Source of the DNA: Eledone cirrhosa
Lineage: Eukaryota
Direction of reading: 5' to 3'
DNA: 64,000 nucleotides
Assembly (NCBI GenBank): GCA_964016885.1
Contig: OZ024757.1
Span: 20,646,001-20,710,000, forward strand
The notes under the pieces were generated by a model. The model ran no database searches and was not told the DNA's origin. It saw only the letters and a program-made list of their open reading frames with translations. Numbering within the stretch: position 1 is the first letter of the stretch; each line of letters begins with the position of its first letter. This document shows positions 1-12,829 of this stretch, piece after piece. The translations under genes were made by a program, and so were the position numbers.

Positions 1-3000
1 CTCTGTTAGTATTATAGTACAGTCATCGCTGTTAGTATCACAGTACAGTCACCTCTGTTAGTATTACAGTACAGTCACCTGTTAGTATCGCAGTACAGTC
101 ACCTGTTAGTATTATAGTACAGTCATCGCTGTTAGTATCACATTACAGTCACCTCTGTTAGTATCACAGTACAGTCACCTCTGTTAGTATTACAGTACAG
201 TCACCTGTTAGTATCGCAGTACAGTCACCTGTTAGTATTATAGTACAGTCATCGCTGTTAGTATCACAGTACAGTCACCTCTGTTAGTATCACAGTACAG
301 TCACCTCTGTTAGTATCACAGTACAGTCACCTCTGTTAGTTTTACAGTACAGTCACCTGTTAGTATTATAGTACAGTCACCTCTGTTAGTATTATAGTAC
401 AGTCATCGCTGTTAGTATCACAGTACAGTCACCTCTGTTAGTATTACAGTACAGTCACCTGTTAGTATCGCAGTACAGTCACCTGTTAGTATTATAGTAC
501 AGTCATCGCTGTTAGTATCACATTACAGTCACCTCTGTTAGTATCACAGTACAGTCACCTCTGTTAGTATTACAGTACAGTCACCTGTTAGTATTATAGT
601 ACAGTCATCGCTGTTAGTATCACAGTACAGTCACCTCTGTTAGTATCACAGTACAGTCACCTCTGTTAGTATCACAGTACAGTCACCTCTGTTAGTATCA
701 CAGTACAGTCACCTCTGTTAGTATTACAGTACAGTCACCTCTGTTAGTATCACAGTAGTCACCTCTGTTAGTATTACAGTACAGTCACCTCTGTTAGTAT
801 TACAGTACAGTCAGCTGTTAGTATTACAGTACAGTCACCTCTGTTAGTATTACAGTACAGTCATCTCTGTTAGTATTACAGTACAGTCACCTCTGTTAGT
901 ATTACAGTACAGTCACCTCTGTTAGTTTTACAGTACAGTCACCTGTTAGTATTATAGTACAGTCACCTCTGTTAGTATTATAGTACAGTCACCTCTGTTA
1001 GTATTACAGTCATCGCTGTTAGTATTACAGTACAGTCACCTCTGTTAGTATTACAGTACAGTCACCTCTGTTAGTATTACAGTACAGTCACCTCTGTTAG
1101 TATTACAGTACAGTCACCTCTGTTAGTATTACAGTACAGTCACCTCTGTTAGTATTACAGTACAGTCACCTCTGTTAGTATTACAGTACAGTCATCTCTG
1201 TTAGTATTACAGTACAGTCACCTCTGTTAGTATTACAGTACAGTCACCTCTGTTAGTATTACAGTACAGTCACCTCTGTTAGTATTACAGTACAGTCACC
1301 TCTGTTAGTATTACAGTACAGTCGCCTCTGTTAGTTTTACAGTACAGTCACCTGTTAGTATTATAGTACAGTCACCTCTGTTAGTATTATAGTACAGTCA
1401 TCGCTGTTAGTATCACAGTACAGTCACCTCTGTTAGTATTACAGTACAGTCACCTGTTAGTATCGCAGTACAGTCACCTGTTAGTATTATAGTACAGTCA
1501 TCGCTGTTAGTATCACATTACAGTCACCTCTGTTAGTATCACAGTACAGTCACCTCTGTTAGTATTACAGTACAGTCACCTGTTAGTATTATAGTACAGT
1601 CATCGCTGTTAGTATCACAGTACAGTCACCTCTGTTAGTATCACAGTACAGTCACCTCTGTTAGTATCACAGTACAGTCACCTCTGTTAGTATCACAGTA
1701 CAGTCACCTCTGTTAGTATCACAGTACAGTCACCTCTGTTAGTATTACAGTACAGTCACCTCTGTTAGTATCACAGTAGTCACCTCTGTTAGTATTACAG
1801 TACAGTCACCTCTGTTAGTATTACAGTACAGTCAGCTGTTAGTATTACAGTACAGTCACCTCTGTTAGTATTACAGTACAGTCATCTCTGTTAGTATTAC
1901 AGTACAGTCACCTCTGTTAGTATTACAGTACAGTCACCTCTGTTAGTTTTACAGTACAGTCACCTGTTAGTATTATAGTACAGTCACCTCTGTTAGTATT
2001 ATAGTACAGTCACCTCTGTTAGTATTAGTCATCGCTGTTAGTATTACAGTACAGTCACCTCTGTTAGTATTACAGTACAGTCACCTCTGTTAGTATTACA
2101 GTACAGTCACCTCTGTTAGTATTACAGTACAGTCACCTCTGTTAGTATTACAGTACAGTCACCTCTGTTAGTATTACAGTACAGTCACCTCTGTTAGTAT
2201 TACAGTACAGTCATCTCTGTTAGTATTACAGTACAGTCACCTCTGTTAGTATTACAGTACAGTCACCTCTGTTAGTATTACAGTACAGTCACCTCTGTTA
2301 GTATTACAGTACAGTCACCTCTGTTAGTATTACAGTACAGTCGCCTCTGTTAGTATTACAGTACAGTCACCTGTTAGTATTATAGTACAGTCACCTCTGT
2401 TAGTATCACAGTACAGTCACCTCTGTTAGTATTACAGTACAGTCACCTCTGTTAGTATTACAGTACAGTCACCTCTGTTAGTATTACAGTACAGTCACCT
2501 CTGTTAGTATTATAGTACAGTCACCTCTGTTAGTATTATAGTACAGTCACCTCTGTTAGTATTACAGTACAGTCACCTCTGTTAGTATCACAGTACAGTC
2601 ACCTCTGTTAGTATTATAGTACAGTCACCTCTGTTAGTATCACAGTACAGTCACCTCTGTTAGTATTACAGTACAGTCACTTCTGTTAGTATTACAGTAC
2701 AGTCACCTCTGTTAGTATTACAGTACAGTCACCTCTGTTAGTATTACAGTACAGTCACCTGTTAGTATTATAGTACAGTCACCTCTGTTAGTATTACAGT
2801 ACAGTCACCTCTGTTAGTATTACAGTACAGTCAGCTGTTAGTATTACAGTACAGTCACCTCTGTTAGTATTACAGTACAGTCATCTCTGTTAGTATCACA
2901 GTACAGTCACCTCTGTTAGTATTATAGTACAGTCACCTCTGTTAGTATTACAGTACAGTCACCTCTGTTATTATTACAGTACAGTCACCTCTGTTAGTAT

Positions 3001-3200
3001 TACAGTACAGTCACCTCTGTTAGTATTACAGTACAGTCACCTCTGTTAGTATTACAGTACAGTCACCTCTGTTAGTATTACAGTACAGTCACCTCTGTTA
3101 GTATTACAGTACAGTCACCTGTTAGTATTATAGTACAGTCACCTCTGTTAGTATTATAGTACAGTCACCTCTGTTAGTATTACAGTACAGTCATCGCTGT
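1..3200. repeat. Minisatellite, 26-bp unit (ctctgttagtattacagtacagtcac) with 24-bp variants; runs off the window start
   Basis: Over 100 near-identical tandem units read directly; variant units recur at about 1-kb spacing. Confidence 0.97.
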
Positions 3201-3660
3201 TTGTATTATATTAAAGTAGAGTAAGTAAAGAAGAAAAACTGGGATAACCCAATGTAGAAACCACTACAGACTACAAAAAACTCAAGAAAAATAAACTAAA
3301 AATACAAAAACAAATAATCCTGATATAGAAAAAGACAAGATAGCTCCAACTGCTTGATGATGGGTATTTTTGACCAACGTTGACCTGGGGCTAAAAAACA
3401 GTTGCATCAATACAAAAAAAAGAAAAAAAAAAATGGGATAAAAAATTGATCCTTGATCGTTAACGATGTAATTAACATTTCAATATCAAATTTCTAATGA
3501 AAGACTACCTAAATTTTCAAATATTTTGTAAAATAATCAAAAATCTGAAGGGATTTTAGTAATACAACTTCCTCATTATTAAGCTGGTATTTGGAACATA
3601 ACTTAACAAAGGTTCTTATATAAAATGATGATGGAAGATATTTAGATAAATATAAGGATG

Positions 3661-4008
3661 GAGGCACATGGCTTAGTGGTTAGAGCATTGGCCTTGCAAT
3701 CGAAAGGTTGTGAGTTCAATTCTCAGACCGGGTGATGTGTTGTTTCCTTGAGCAAGACACTTTATTTCACATTGCTCCAGTTTACTCAGCTGTAGAAATG
3801 AGATGATAGGGACTGGGGTCCCTATCATTCCACTGCAAATTGGTCGTGGAGGTGCCACGGAAAAAAAGCACCCAGCACTCACTGTAAATGAGGTTGGTGT
3901 TAGGAAGGGCATCCAGCTGTAGAAATCAAGCCAGAATCAGTTCCTGTCCCACCCTTGCAAGCAGGGAAAAGCGGACGTAAAATGAAATGATGATGATGAT
4001 GATGATGA
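3661..4008 (+). mobile_element. SINE family A, full length: tRNA-like head, CORE-like domain, internal hairpin, RTE-shared tail, (GAT)n
   Basis: A-box TGGCTTAGTGG; B-box-like GAGTTCAATTC; CORE-like ccttgagcaagacacttt...cagctgtagaaatg; hairpin atgatagggac-tggg-gtccctatcat; at least 8 copies in the window. Confidence 0.88.
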
Positions 4009-4234
4009 TAAACACTTTAAATCTTTCATTACCATATTTCTATTGAAATACTAGCTAAATGTTAAAATAAAATAGTTTGGAAAATAATTTTTAAAATTGG
4101 AGGGATTTAGAATATAACTAAATTTCCCATTATTTCAACTGTTTGGAACATAACTTAAAGGTTCTACACAATATTATGATGGAAGGTTCTTAGATGAATA
4201 AAAACCTTTTAACCCTTTCATCACTATTTAAACT

Positions 4235-4380
4235 ATAATTGTTTCTGCTTTAGGCACAAGGCCAGCAATTACCCAGTAGGTTACTGGTATTTTATTTTAT
4301 CGACCCCCATAAGGATGAAAGGCAAAGTTAACCTCAGCGGGATTTGAACTCAAACCGTAAAGGGACGTAACTATGCTAGA
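4235..4380 (-). mobile_element. SINE family B fragment (Deu/Nin-like central domain)
   Basis: Reverse complement of gagttcaaatcccgc...ctttgcctttcatcctt...gtcgataaaataaa-taccag; many copies in the window. Confidence 0.8.
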
Positions 4381-5059
4381 AAAAGCGCAGGACTGCGTAC
4401 GGTTTATAATTTCTTTTATCCCATTAGAAAAATAAGTTGGATTACTTTGAATAAATAATGAATGAATATTACATAATTTATCTACTAAATTTCGTGGCTG
4501 TTCATTAAATATATTTTATTATTTATTTAAAGATTCACTTCTTTAAAATGTTCAAATGTCAACACTTCCAGTGGCAATCGCTTAAATAAACATATTAATT
4601 TTCTGTCACTAATTTTCTCCTAATGCAGTTTATATATAATATCGTCTTTTTTTAATGTATCATGGATTACGTTACTGATTACATAAGACAGTGTAACACA
4701 GTCTTCGTTCAATTTCTGTGTATATTGTCCATTACGATTTTATTTGATGTACTATCATATCAACATGTATATATACTTGCGTATAATATCAATATACACA
4801 ATTCACATGCCAGCAGAAAACCACCCGAACGGTGGTTTTTCTGCTAGTGTTTCTAATGAAAGACTGCCTAAATTTTCAAATTGTTTGAAAATAGTTTGGC
4901 ATGCAATTTTGTGCATAAAGATGAGATTACAGTTGCAACACTGGCTTACACAACAGATTAGAGAAATGCTCTGTTGGTTAGGTGCATGTGAGACAATACC
5001 ACAATAAAGAATGGGCAGGAGAATTATGAATGTCTTTATCTTATCTTATCTTATCTATT

Positions 5060-5410
5060 GCTCTTAGGCAAGAAAGCAAACACAACTTCACGCCAACAGT
5101 CTCTGTCAAGAGGTCTGAAACCATCCCACCTTTTGTGTGGAAGCAGTGACCAGCAAATCTTGTATGACGTTCAATCAGTCATGCACTTATTTTAGGGATT
5201 TTTCTGGATATCTGATCAAGTGTGGGTCTGCCAAGGAATATTTTGAGCCTTTCTCAGAAAGGTAGTGTAACATCCATCTAAACAGCTCTGCAGGTCAGCG
5301 CTCTACATATTTGCAAGTCCTTTTCTGAGTTCATTATGAAAGAATAAAGGTACTTAAAGTCTTCTACTTGTTTTAAGGATTTCCTGTTTACTGTGACTAT
5401 GCTAACATCA
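5060..5410 (-). mobile_element. Highly decayed RTE-like LINE fragment
   Basis: Minus strand resembles the RT C-terminal region (LKQVEDFKYL-like; later LADPHLIRYP) with many disruptions. Confidence 0.4.
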
Positions 5411-6381
5411 GATTCTGTTGAGACAAACCTAGAGTATCTTTAGACTGGAAACAGAGATCATCATAATTGTTTAACATCCATTTTCCCTGCTAGCAAAAGA
5501 TAGGAGCAAGGGTTGGATGGAAGGTAAATAAAAGATATAAATATATAAAAGTTTTTCAACTAGAAATAAATGGTTTCTGAGGAAGAAGCTTCTATGAAAT
5601 TTTTTGACTATAGAAAAATAGTTTAAATAAAAGGACATATAATCCCCCCCAATTGCAATTTAGACACAAGTTTTAGGGGAGGGAAAAGTTGATTAAATCA
5701 ACTACAGTACTTTATTTTATCAACTCAGAAGGAGGAAAGGCAAATTTGACCTCAGCAGGATTTGAACTCAGAATGTAAAGGGCTGTAACTAAATGCCACA
5801 AAGCATTTGTTCAACAGCCTGATGATTCTCCAGTCCACTGTCCTCACAACTAGAAATAAATAAATAAATAGACTTATGACTGAATTAAGAAAAAAAAAAA
5901 ACACACACACACATATACAAAGACATGCATACACACACACACACACACATGCAAGCACACAGTTTAATCTTTGCAAATGGTGAAGAACCTAATTTCTTGA
6001 CAAACCTCAAGACATTTTCCAACCACAGATTGGAGAAGTAAAAAGGCAGCGAACAGAACAAATAAACAGATAAATATAAACAATAATACAATAAATTGTC
6101 AGCTTTTATTGTGAATTTGTCTTTATTTTCATATATTTTATATTTCTCAGGTTTCCATTCAACCAATCAACTACACGAACCACCATTTTAGCTGAGGGAT
6201 TCAGTTGTTTCTTGTGATTTTTTAGGTATTTTCTCTCATTTTACCGTATGATGGAACCCATAGAATAATTTGTTGATTAAAGCTATTTTCTTTTTTCTTT
6301 TACTGTGTCTTTCTGTCACTTCTCGGCTCTGTTTCAGTGAGAATATCTCTGTATTGAATATAGTATCCTACCTGTAACAAG

Positions 6382-6815
6382 CTCTCTCTCTCTCTCCCTA
6401 TATATATATATATATATATATTACTATCTCTCTCTCTCCCTATATATATATATATATATTACTATCTCTCTCTCCCACACTCTCCTCACCACACTCTCCC
6501 CCACTCCCTCACTCACTCTCACCCCACACTCTCCCTCATCCAGTCTCACCCCACTCTCCCTCACTCACTCTCTCACCCACCACACTCCCTCACTCACTAT
6601 CCCCCACCCCTACACTCCCTCACTCACCCTCCCCCCTCCCCCACCCTCACCCACCACACTCCCTCATTCACTCTCACCCCACTCTCCCTCCCCACCCCTA
6701 CACTCTCCCTCACTCACTCTCTTTCACCATACACTCTCCCTCACCCCCTCACTCACTCTCACCCCCCCTACACTCTCCCTCACTCCAATCTCTCTCTCCC
6801 TCACTCAGTCTCCCA
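6382..6815. repeat. (CT)n/(TA)n and C-rich low-complexity degenerate repeat (cactctccctca)
   Basis: Direct reading. Confidence 0.8.
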
Positions 6816-7019
6816 ACCATGCACTAAACACCTATAATAGCTAATCTATATCATAACTTACCATCAACATCTTTTTATCGAAACTATTTTCCACTAAATT
6901 ATTTCAATTCATCTTATGTTATTATTTTCTTTCTATTGAGATTACTATCCAGTCTGTACACTGCATTGTAGTGTCCTTGCTGGACCCTGTCATAAACAGG
7001 CAAAAACAATTCAATATCA

Positions 7020-7965
7020 AGTATCGGTAGCGGGTCGGACGCCATGCTTTGCAGCATAGAGTTACGGCCCTTGCCATTCTGAGTTCAAATCCCACCGAGG
7101 TTAACTTTGCCTTTCATCCTTTACGGGGGTCGATAAAATAAAGTACCAGCAATACACTGGGGAAATTGCTGGCCTTGTGCCTAATGTAGAAACAATTATC
7201 ATTATATTCATCGGTGGATTGGCAGTATCGGTAGAGGGTCGGACGCCATGCTTTGCCGCATAGAGTTACGGCCCTTTATGATCGGAGTTCAAATCCCGCC
7301 GAGGTTAACTTTGCCTTTCATCCTTACGGGGGTCGATAAAATAAAGTACCAGTAATGTACCGGGGTAATTGCTGGCCTTGGGCCAAAAGTAGAAACAATT
7401 ATCATTGGTAGTATTGGTAGAGTATCAGACACCATGCTTTGCAGCATAGAGTCGTGGCCCTTTACGGTCTGAGTTCAAATCCCGTCGAGGTTAACTTTGC
7501 CTTTCATCCTTACGGGGGTCGATAAAATAAAGTACCAGTAATGTACCGGGGTAATTGCTGGCCTTGGGCCAAAAGTAGAAACAATTATCATTGGTAGTAT
7601 TGGTAGAGTATCAGACACCATGCTTTGCAGCATAGAGTCGTGGCCCTTTACGGTCTGAGTTCAAATCCCGTCGAGGTTAACTTTGCCTTTCATCCTTACG
7701 GGGGTCGATAAAATAAAGTACCAGTAATGTACCGGGGTAATTGCTGGCCTTGGGCGAAAAGTAGAAACAATTATCATTGGTAGTATTGGTAGAGTATCAG
7801 ACACCATGCTTTGCAGCATAGAGTTACGGCCCTTTACGGTCTGAGTTCAAATCCCGCCGAGGTTAACTTTGCCTTTCATCCTTACGGGGGTCGATAAAAT
7901 AAAGTACCAGTAATGTACCGGGGTAATTGCTGGCCTTGGGCGAAAAGTAGAAACAATTATCATTA
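7020..7965 (+). mobile_element. Tandem array of 5 SINE family B copies; exact 186-bp period over the last units
   Basis: agaaacaattatc recurs at 7391, 7577, 7763 and 7949. Confidence 0.92.
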
Positions 7966-8234
7966 TATTCATCATCATTATCTCCGTCATGTCATCATCA
8001 TCATCGTTGCTGTTATCATCATCACTGTCATCATTATCCTCATCATCGTTGCTGTTATCATCATCACTGCCATCTTCAATATTGTCATCATCATCGTTGC
8101 CATTTGTCATCATCGTGATTGTTATCATCGTCATCATCATCATCATCATTTAACGTCCATTTTCCCTACTACACTCTTTGATGATGTCTGATATTGGACA
8201 AAGGTTCCTATACAGTCTCTGATTGGTCAGAGAT

Positions 8235-8985
8235 TCTCTCCCAGTGACATTCAGTATAGGCTCCACGTAATCTTCTCTCCAACTGACATTCAGTATAGGC
8301 TCCACGTAATCTTCTCTCCAAGTGACATTCAGTATAGGCTCCACGTAATCTTCTCTCCAAGTGACATTCAGTATAGGCTCCACGTAATCTTCTCTCCAAG
8401 TGACATTCAGTATAGGCTCCACGTAATCTTCTCTCCAAGTGACATTCAGTATAGGCTCCACGTAATCTTCTCTCCAAGTGACATTCAGTATAGGCTCCAC
8501 GTAATCTTCTCTCCAAGTGACATTCAGTATAGGCTCCACGTAATCTTCTCTCCAAGTGACATTCAGTATAGGCTCCACGTAATCTTCTCTCCAAGTGACA
8601 TTCAGTATAGGCTCCACGTAATCTTCTCTCCAAGTGACATTCAGTATAGGCTCCACGTAATCTTCTCTCCAAGTGACATTCAGTATAGGCTCCACGTAAT
8701 ATTCTCTCCAAGTGACATTCAGTATAAGCTCCACGTAATCTTCTCTCCAAGTGACATTCAGTATAGGCTCCACGTAATCTTCTCTCCAAGTGACATTCAG
8801 TATAGGCTCCACGTAATCTTCTCTCCAAGCGACATTCAGTATAGGCTCCACGTAATCTTCTCTCCAAGCGACATTCACTATAGGCTCCACGTAATAATCT
8901 CTCCAAGTGACATTCAGTATAGGCTCCACGTAATCTTCTCTCCAAGGGACATTCAGTATAGGCTCCACGTAATCTTCTCTCCAGC
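8235..8985 (-). repeat. 39-bp minisatellite amplified inside a decayed RTE-like LINE fragment
   Basis: Unit ctctccaagtgacattcagtataggctccacgtaatctt, about 19 copies; minus frame exits into ILNVTGRESLTNQRLYRNLCPISDIIKE, a LINE RT C-terminal-like motif. Confidence 0.9.
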
Positions 8986-9019
8986 TTTGGGGGTAAGGAT
9001 CCATGCTGAGCACCCATAC

Positions 9020-9220
9020 AATAGAACAGAGTTAACAGCTGCTTGCAAGAGGCTCCTTTTCATGTCTGGAAGTCTAGATTTCTACACTAGACATAACTTG
9101 TCCACTCAATTCAGTGCACCCTACATGTAAATAGAGTCCCACTGAAGCAAGTAGAGCAGTTCAAGTATCTCGGGGGCTGTGTTCACAAGTGATGGAAGGT
9201 GGGAGACAGAATTTCATCTA
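9020..9220 (+). mobile_element. RTE LINE fragment (family of 26275-26950)
   Basis: Encodes KQVEQFKYLG/AVFTSDG with a frameshift. Confidence 0.65.
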
Positions 9221-9272
9221 TTTGCCACAAGGACACTGAATGACGGAATAACTGTTAATAATAACTGGAAAA

Positions 9273-9655
9273 ATAATTGTTTCTACGTTAGGCACAAGGC
9301 CAGCAAATAACAGTGCATTACTGGTACTTTATTTTATCGACCCCGTAAGGATAAAAGGCAAAGTTAACCCTGGCGGGATTTGAACTCGGAATGGCAAGGG
9401 CCGTAACTCTATACGTCAAAGCATGGCGTCCGACCCTCTACCAATACTGCCAATCCACCTGTTTTTTTTGGCACAAGGCCAGCAATTTGAAAGGAAGAAG
9501 GAAAGTTGATTAAATCAACCTCAGGGCATTACTGGTACTTTATCAACCCTGTAAGGATGAAAAGTAAAGCTGATCATAGCAGGATTTGAACTCAGAATGT
9601 AAAGGGCCATAACTATATGCCACGAAGCATACCAATATTACCAATCTACCATTCT
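9273..9655 (-). mobile_element. Two adjacent SINE family B copies
   Basis: Same domain as 7020-7965, reversed. Confidence 0.82.
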
Positions 9656-9721
9656 TAATAGATAACAATATTAATTGCCTCTTCACCTCAAGGACATTGA
9701 ATGACAGGGACATGATATTAT

Positions 9722-10060
9722 AATCATCATCATCATCATTTTAAGCCCGCTTTTCCCTGTTTGCAAGGGTGGGACGGGAACTGATTCTGGCTTGATTTCT
9801 ACAGCTGGATGCCCTTCCTAACACCAACCTCATTTACAGTGAGTGCTGGGTGCTTCTTTGCCGTGGCGCCTCCACGTCCACTTTGCAGTGGAATGATAGG
9901 GACCCCAGTCCTATCATCTCATTTCTACAGCTGAGTAAACTGGAGCAATGTGAAATAAAGTGTCTTACTCAAGGAAACAACACATCACCCGGTCTGAGAA
10001 TTGAACTCACGACCTTTCGATTGCAAGGCCAATGCTCTAACCAGTAAGCCATGTGCCTCC
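9722..10060 (-). mobile_element. SINE family A, full length
   Basis: Near-identical reverse complement of 3661-4008. Confidence 0.9.
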
Positions 10061-10995
10061 AATAAATGAATAAATTATAAAAGACACACAAAAAAACAAT
10101 GTAAAATGAAACACAAAAGCTTTGAACTTTTCACCTGAAAATAATCAACAATAATCTATCTTATAGTAAATAGGAAATTATTTTAAAAATAAAAGTCAGT
10201 TTCTGGTGAAAAACTTAAGGAGGTACAACAAAAACAGGCTTTAAAAATCTAATAAAATATATGAGAATAAAATGTAAAAGAATAAAGACACCCCCACCTA
10301 ACACATCAACTCCATTATTTTTATCTACATTCTCTTATAATGGCATTAACAATGGACCCCCCTCCCCTCCCTTTATCCCAGTCTCCCCCTGCGCTTGTTT
10401 TCTTAATAGAATTGGAACTGGTGTTTTAAAGTACATAAATATAACATTAAAAGACACTAAAACAACATTAAAAACACTTATAAAACTTTAAAAAGACACA
10501 AACACACTATTTAAAAACACATTAATAACTACTAAAAAACACACTAATAAATATTTTAAAACTATGCAAGTCCAATATTTAAAAACAGATAAATATAACA
10601 TACAAAAACAGACAGAAGAAGCCAAAAGATTGGAAGGAAAGACACTTTTTAAAAAACTCTGGACATTGCTACCATGTAAGAAAAGGACTGATATAACGGT
10701 GCCCCAGCATTCCCTTGGCCAGTTGACTGGAACAGGTAAAAGAGTAAAAGAGTTATGTGTAGGTATGTATGTCTGTACATGAACACACACACACACACAC
10801 ACACACACATATGTAAGGTGGTAGTACAGGTGCCATGAAAAATGCTCCCAGTTAATGGAGTGAAGTGGCTGGCCTTAAGAAGGGCATCCAGCCATAGAAA
10901 ACCAAGCCAAAAGTGGACCTTATGAACAGGATGTGGTCACTTGACTTATCTAACCTCAGACAATGATTAGCCATCTCAGCCATCCAATAATGGAA

Positions 10996-11560
<565 letters not shown>

Positions 11561-11647
11561 GTAAAAGGTAAACAGAAATAACAACACAATCAGTACAGTA
11601 TATGGAAGGGATATATTAGGTTAATGGTTGATATAGCAGGAAGGGGG

Positions 11648-11683
11648 TCCTAACGTTTCGGACGCTAGTCCTTCATCAGAAGA
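11648..11683 (-). ncRNA. Minimal type I hammerhead ribozyme (PLE-type)
   Basis: Minus strand UCUU-CUGAUGA-A-GGAC(UAGC)GUCC-GAA-ACGU-U-AGGA: full core, 4-bp stem II, palindromic ACGU stem III, stem I UCUU/AGGA. Confidence 0.85.
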
Positions 11684-11773
11684 AAGAATGAGAAATAAAA
11701 TAGATTGAGGCTAAGGGCAGGAAAAATGTCTTTAGATAAAAATAACAGGTCCATTCATGTATATATATATGTG

Positions 11774-11830
<57 letters not shown>

Positions 11831-11957
11831 CTTTGGGAGGGTCATGTTGCCAATAAGAAACACACGCACCAGTTGCTTTCACTTCAATTTATTATAATAA
11901 ATTTATAAATTTCTGGTTGGTTGGTTGGTTCCACAACCAGATAGTTGTTTATATATT

Positions 11958-12000
11958 GTCATAGTTCTTTCGTCACACACTCTGTGACCTCTTCAGCAAC
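11958..12000 (-). ncRNA. Minimal type I hammerhead ribozyme inside a 31-bp inverted repeat (11828-11858 / 12001-12031)
   Basis: Minus strand GUUG-CUGAAGA-G-GUCACA(GAGUG)UGUGAC-GAA-AGAACU-A-UGAC. Confidence 0.75.
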
Positions 12001-12092
12001 CTTATTGGCAACATGACCCTCCCAAAGTATAACTATATCGGTTTCAACACACGATTTCAGATAAAGAATCTTGCTAAACAAATTCAGAAACG

Positions 12093-12138
<46 letters not shown>

Positions 12139-12180
12139 ATGATATTAATAAATGGAAACTATATTTATAAAACCATATTT

Positions 12181-12239
12181 ATTCTATTATATATATTTCA
12201 AGGGTAACAAAACTTTGGTATGCTCTCATCAGATAAAAT
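12181..12239 (-). ncRNA. Type I hammerhead ribozyme motif, AU-rich
   Basis: Minus strand AUUUUAU-CUGAUGA-GAG...CUU-GAA-AUAUAUAU-A-AUAGAAU; 7-bp stem I, palindromic stem III, imperfect stem II; truncated relative at 59675-59770. Confidence 0.6.
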
Positions 12240-12389
12240 ACAAAGTTTGTTTTATAAATATTGAGATATCCAGGAATGAGACGTTAACTGTTCAAGTTTC
12301 ACCAGAAAACCTGTCAAGTGCTTCAAATCTGTTATAAATATATATATTTGTTGAATTACCAACAAATTAAATATCCCTTCGCTTATATC

Positions 12390-12718
12390 ATTTCATTTCA
12401 TCATCATCTCATTTTTATGTCCGCTTTTTCTCTGCTTGCAAGGGTGGGACGGGAACTGATTCTGGATGCCCTTCCTAACACCAACCTCATTTACAGTGAG
12501 TGCTGGGTGCTTTTTTGCCGTCGCACCTCCACGACCACTTTGCAGTGGAATGATAGGGACCCCAGTCCTATCATCTCATTTCTACAACTGAGTAAACTGG
12601 AGCAATGTGAAATAAAGTGTCTTGCTCAAGGAAACAACACATCGCCTGGTCTGAGAATTGAACTCACAACCTTTCGATTGCAAGGCCAATGCTTTAACCA
12701 CTAAGCCATGTGCCTCCA
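12390..12718 (-). mobile_element. SINE family A with small internal deletions
   Basis: Reverse complement of 3661-4008. Confidence 0.88.
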
Positions 12719-12729
12719 CACACAGACAC

Positions 12730-12781
<52 letters not shown>

Positions 12782-12829
12782 CATACATACATGATGCAAT
12801 TCCATTCTAGAACTCAACATACTTTTTCT

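Noticed and set aside
1-3200. CRISPR array (also considered for 8235, 28635, 39962 and 47078)
   Set aside because: Contiguous repeats with no unique spacers, no cas genes, eukaryotic context
3663-3730. tRNA gene (and the same at the other SINE A heads)
   Set aside because: Has A/B boxes but no acceptor stem, and continues into SINE body sequence in every copy
3673-3912. Recurrent 79-aa ORF MPFLTPTSFTVSAG... as a multicopy gene family
   Set aside because: It is the antisense reading of SINE A and is frameshifted in several copies
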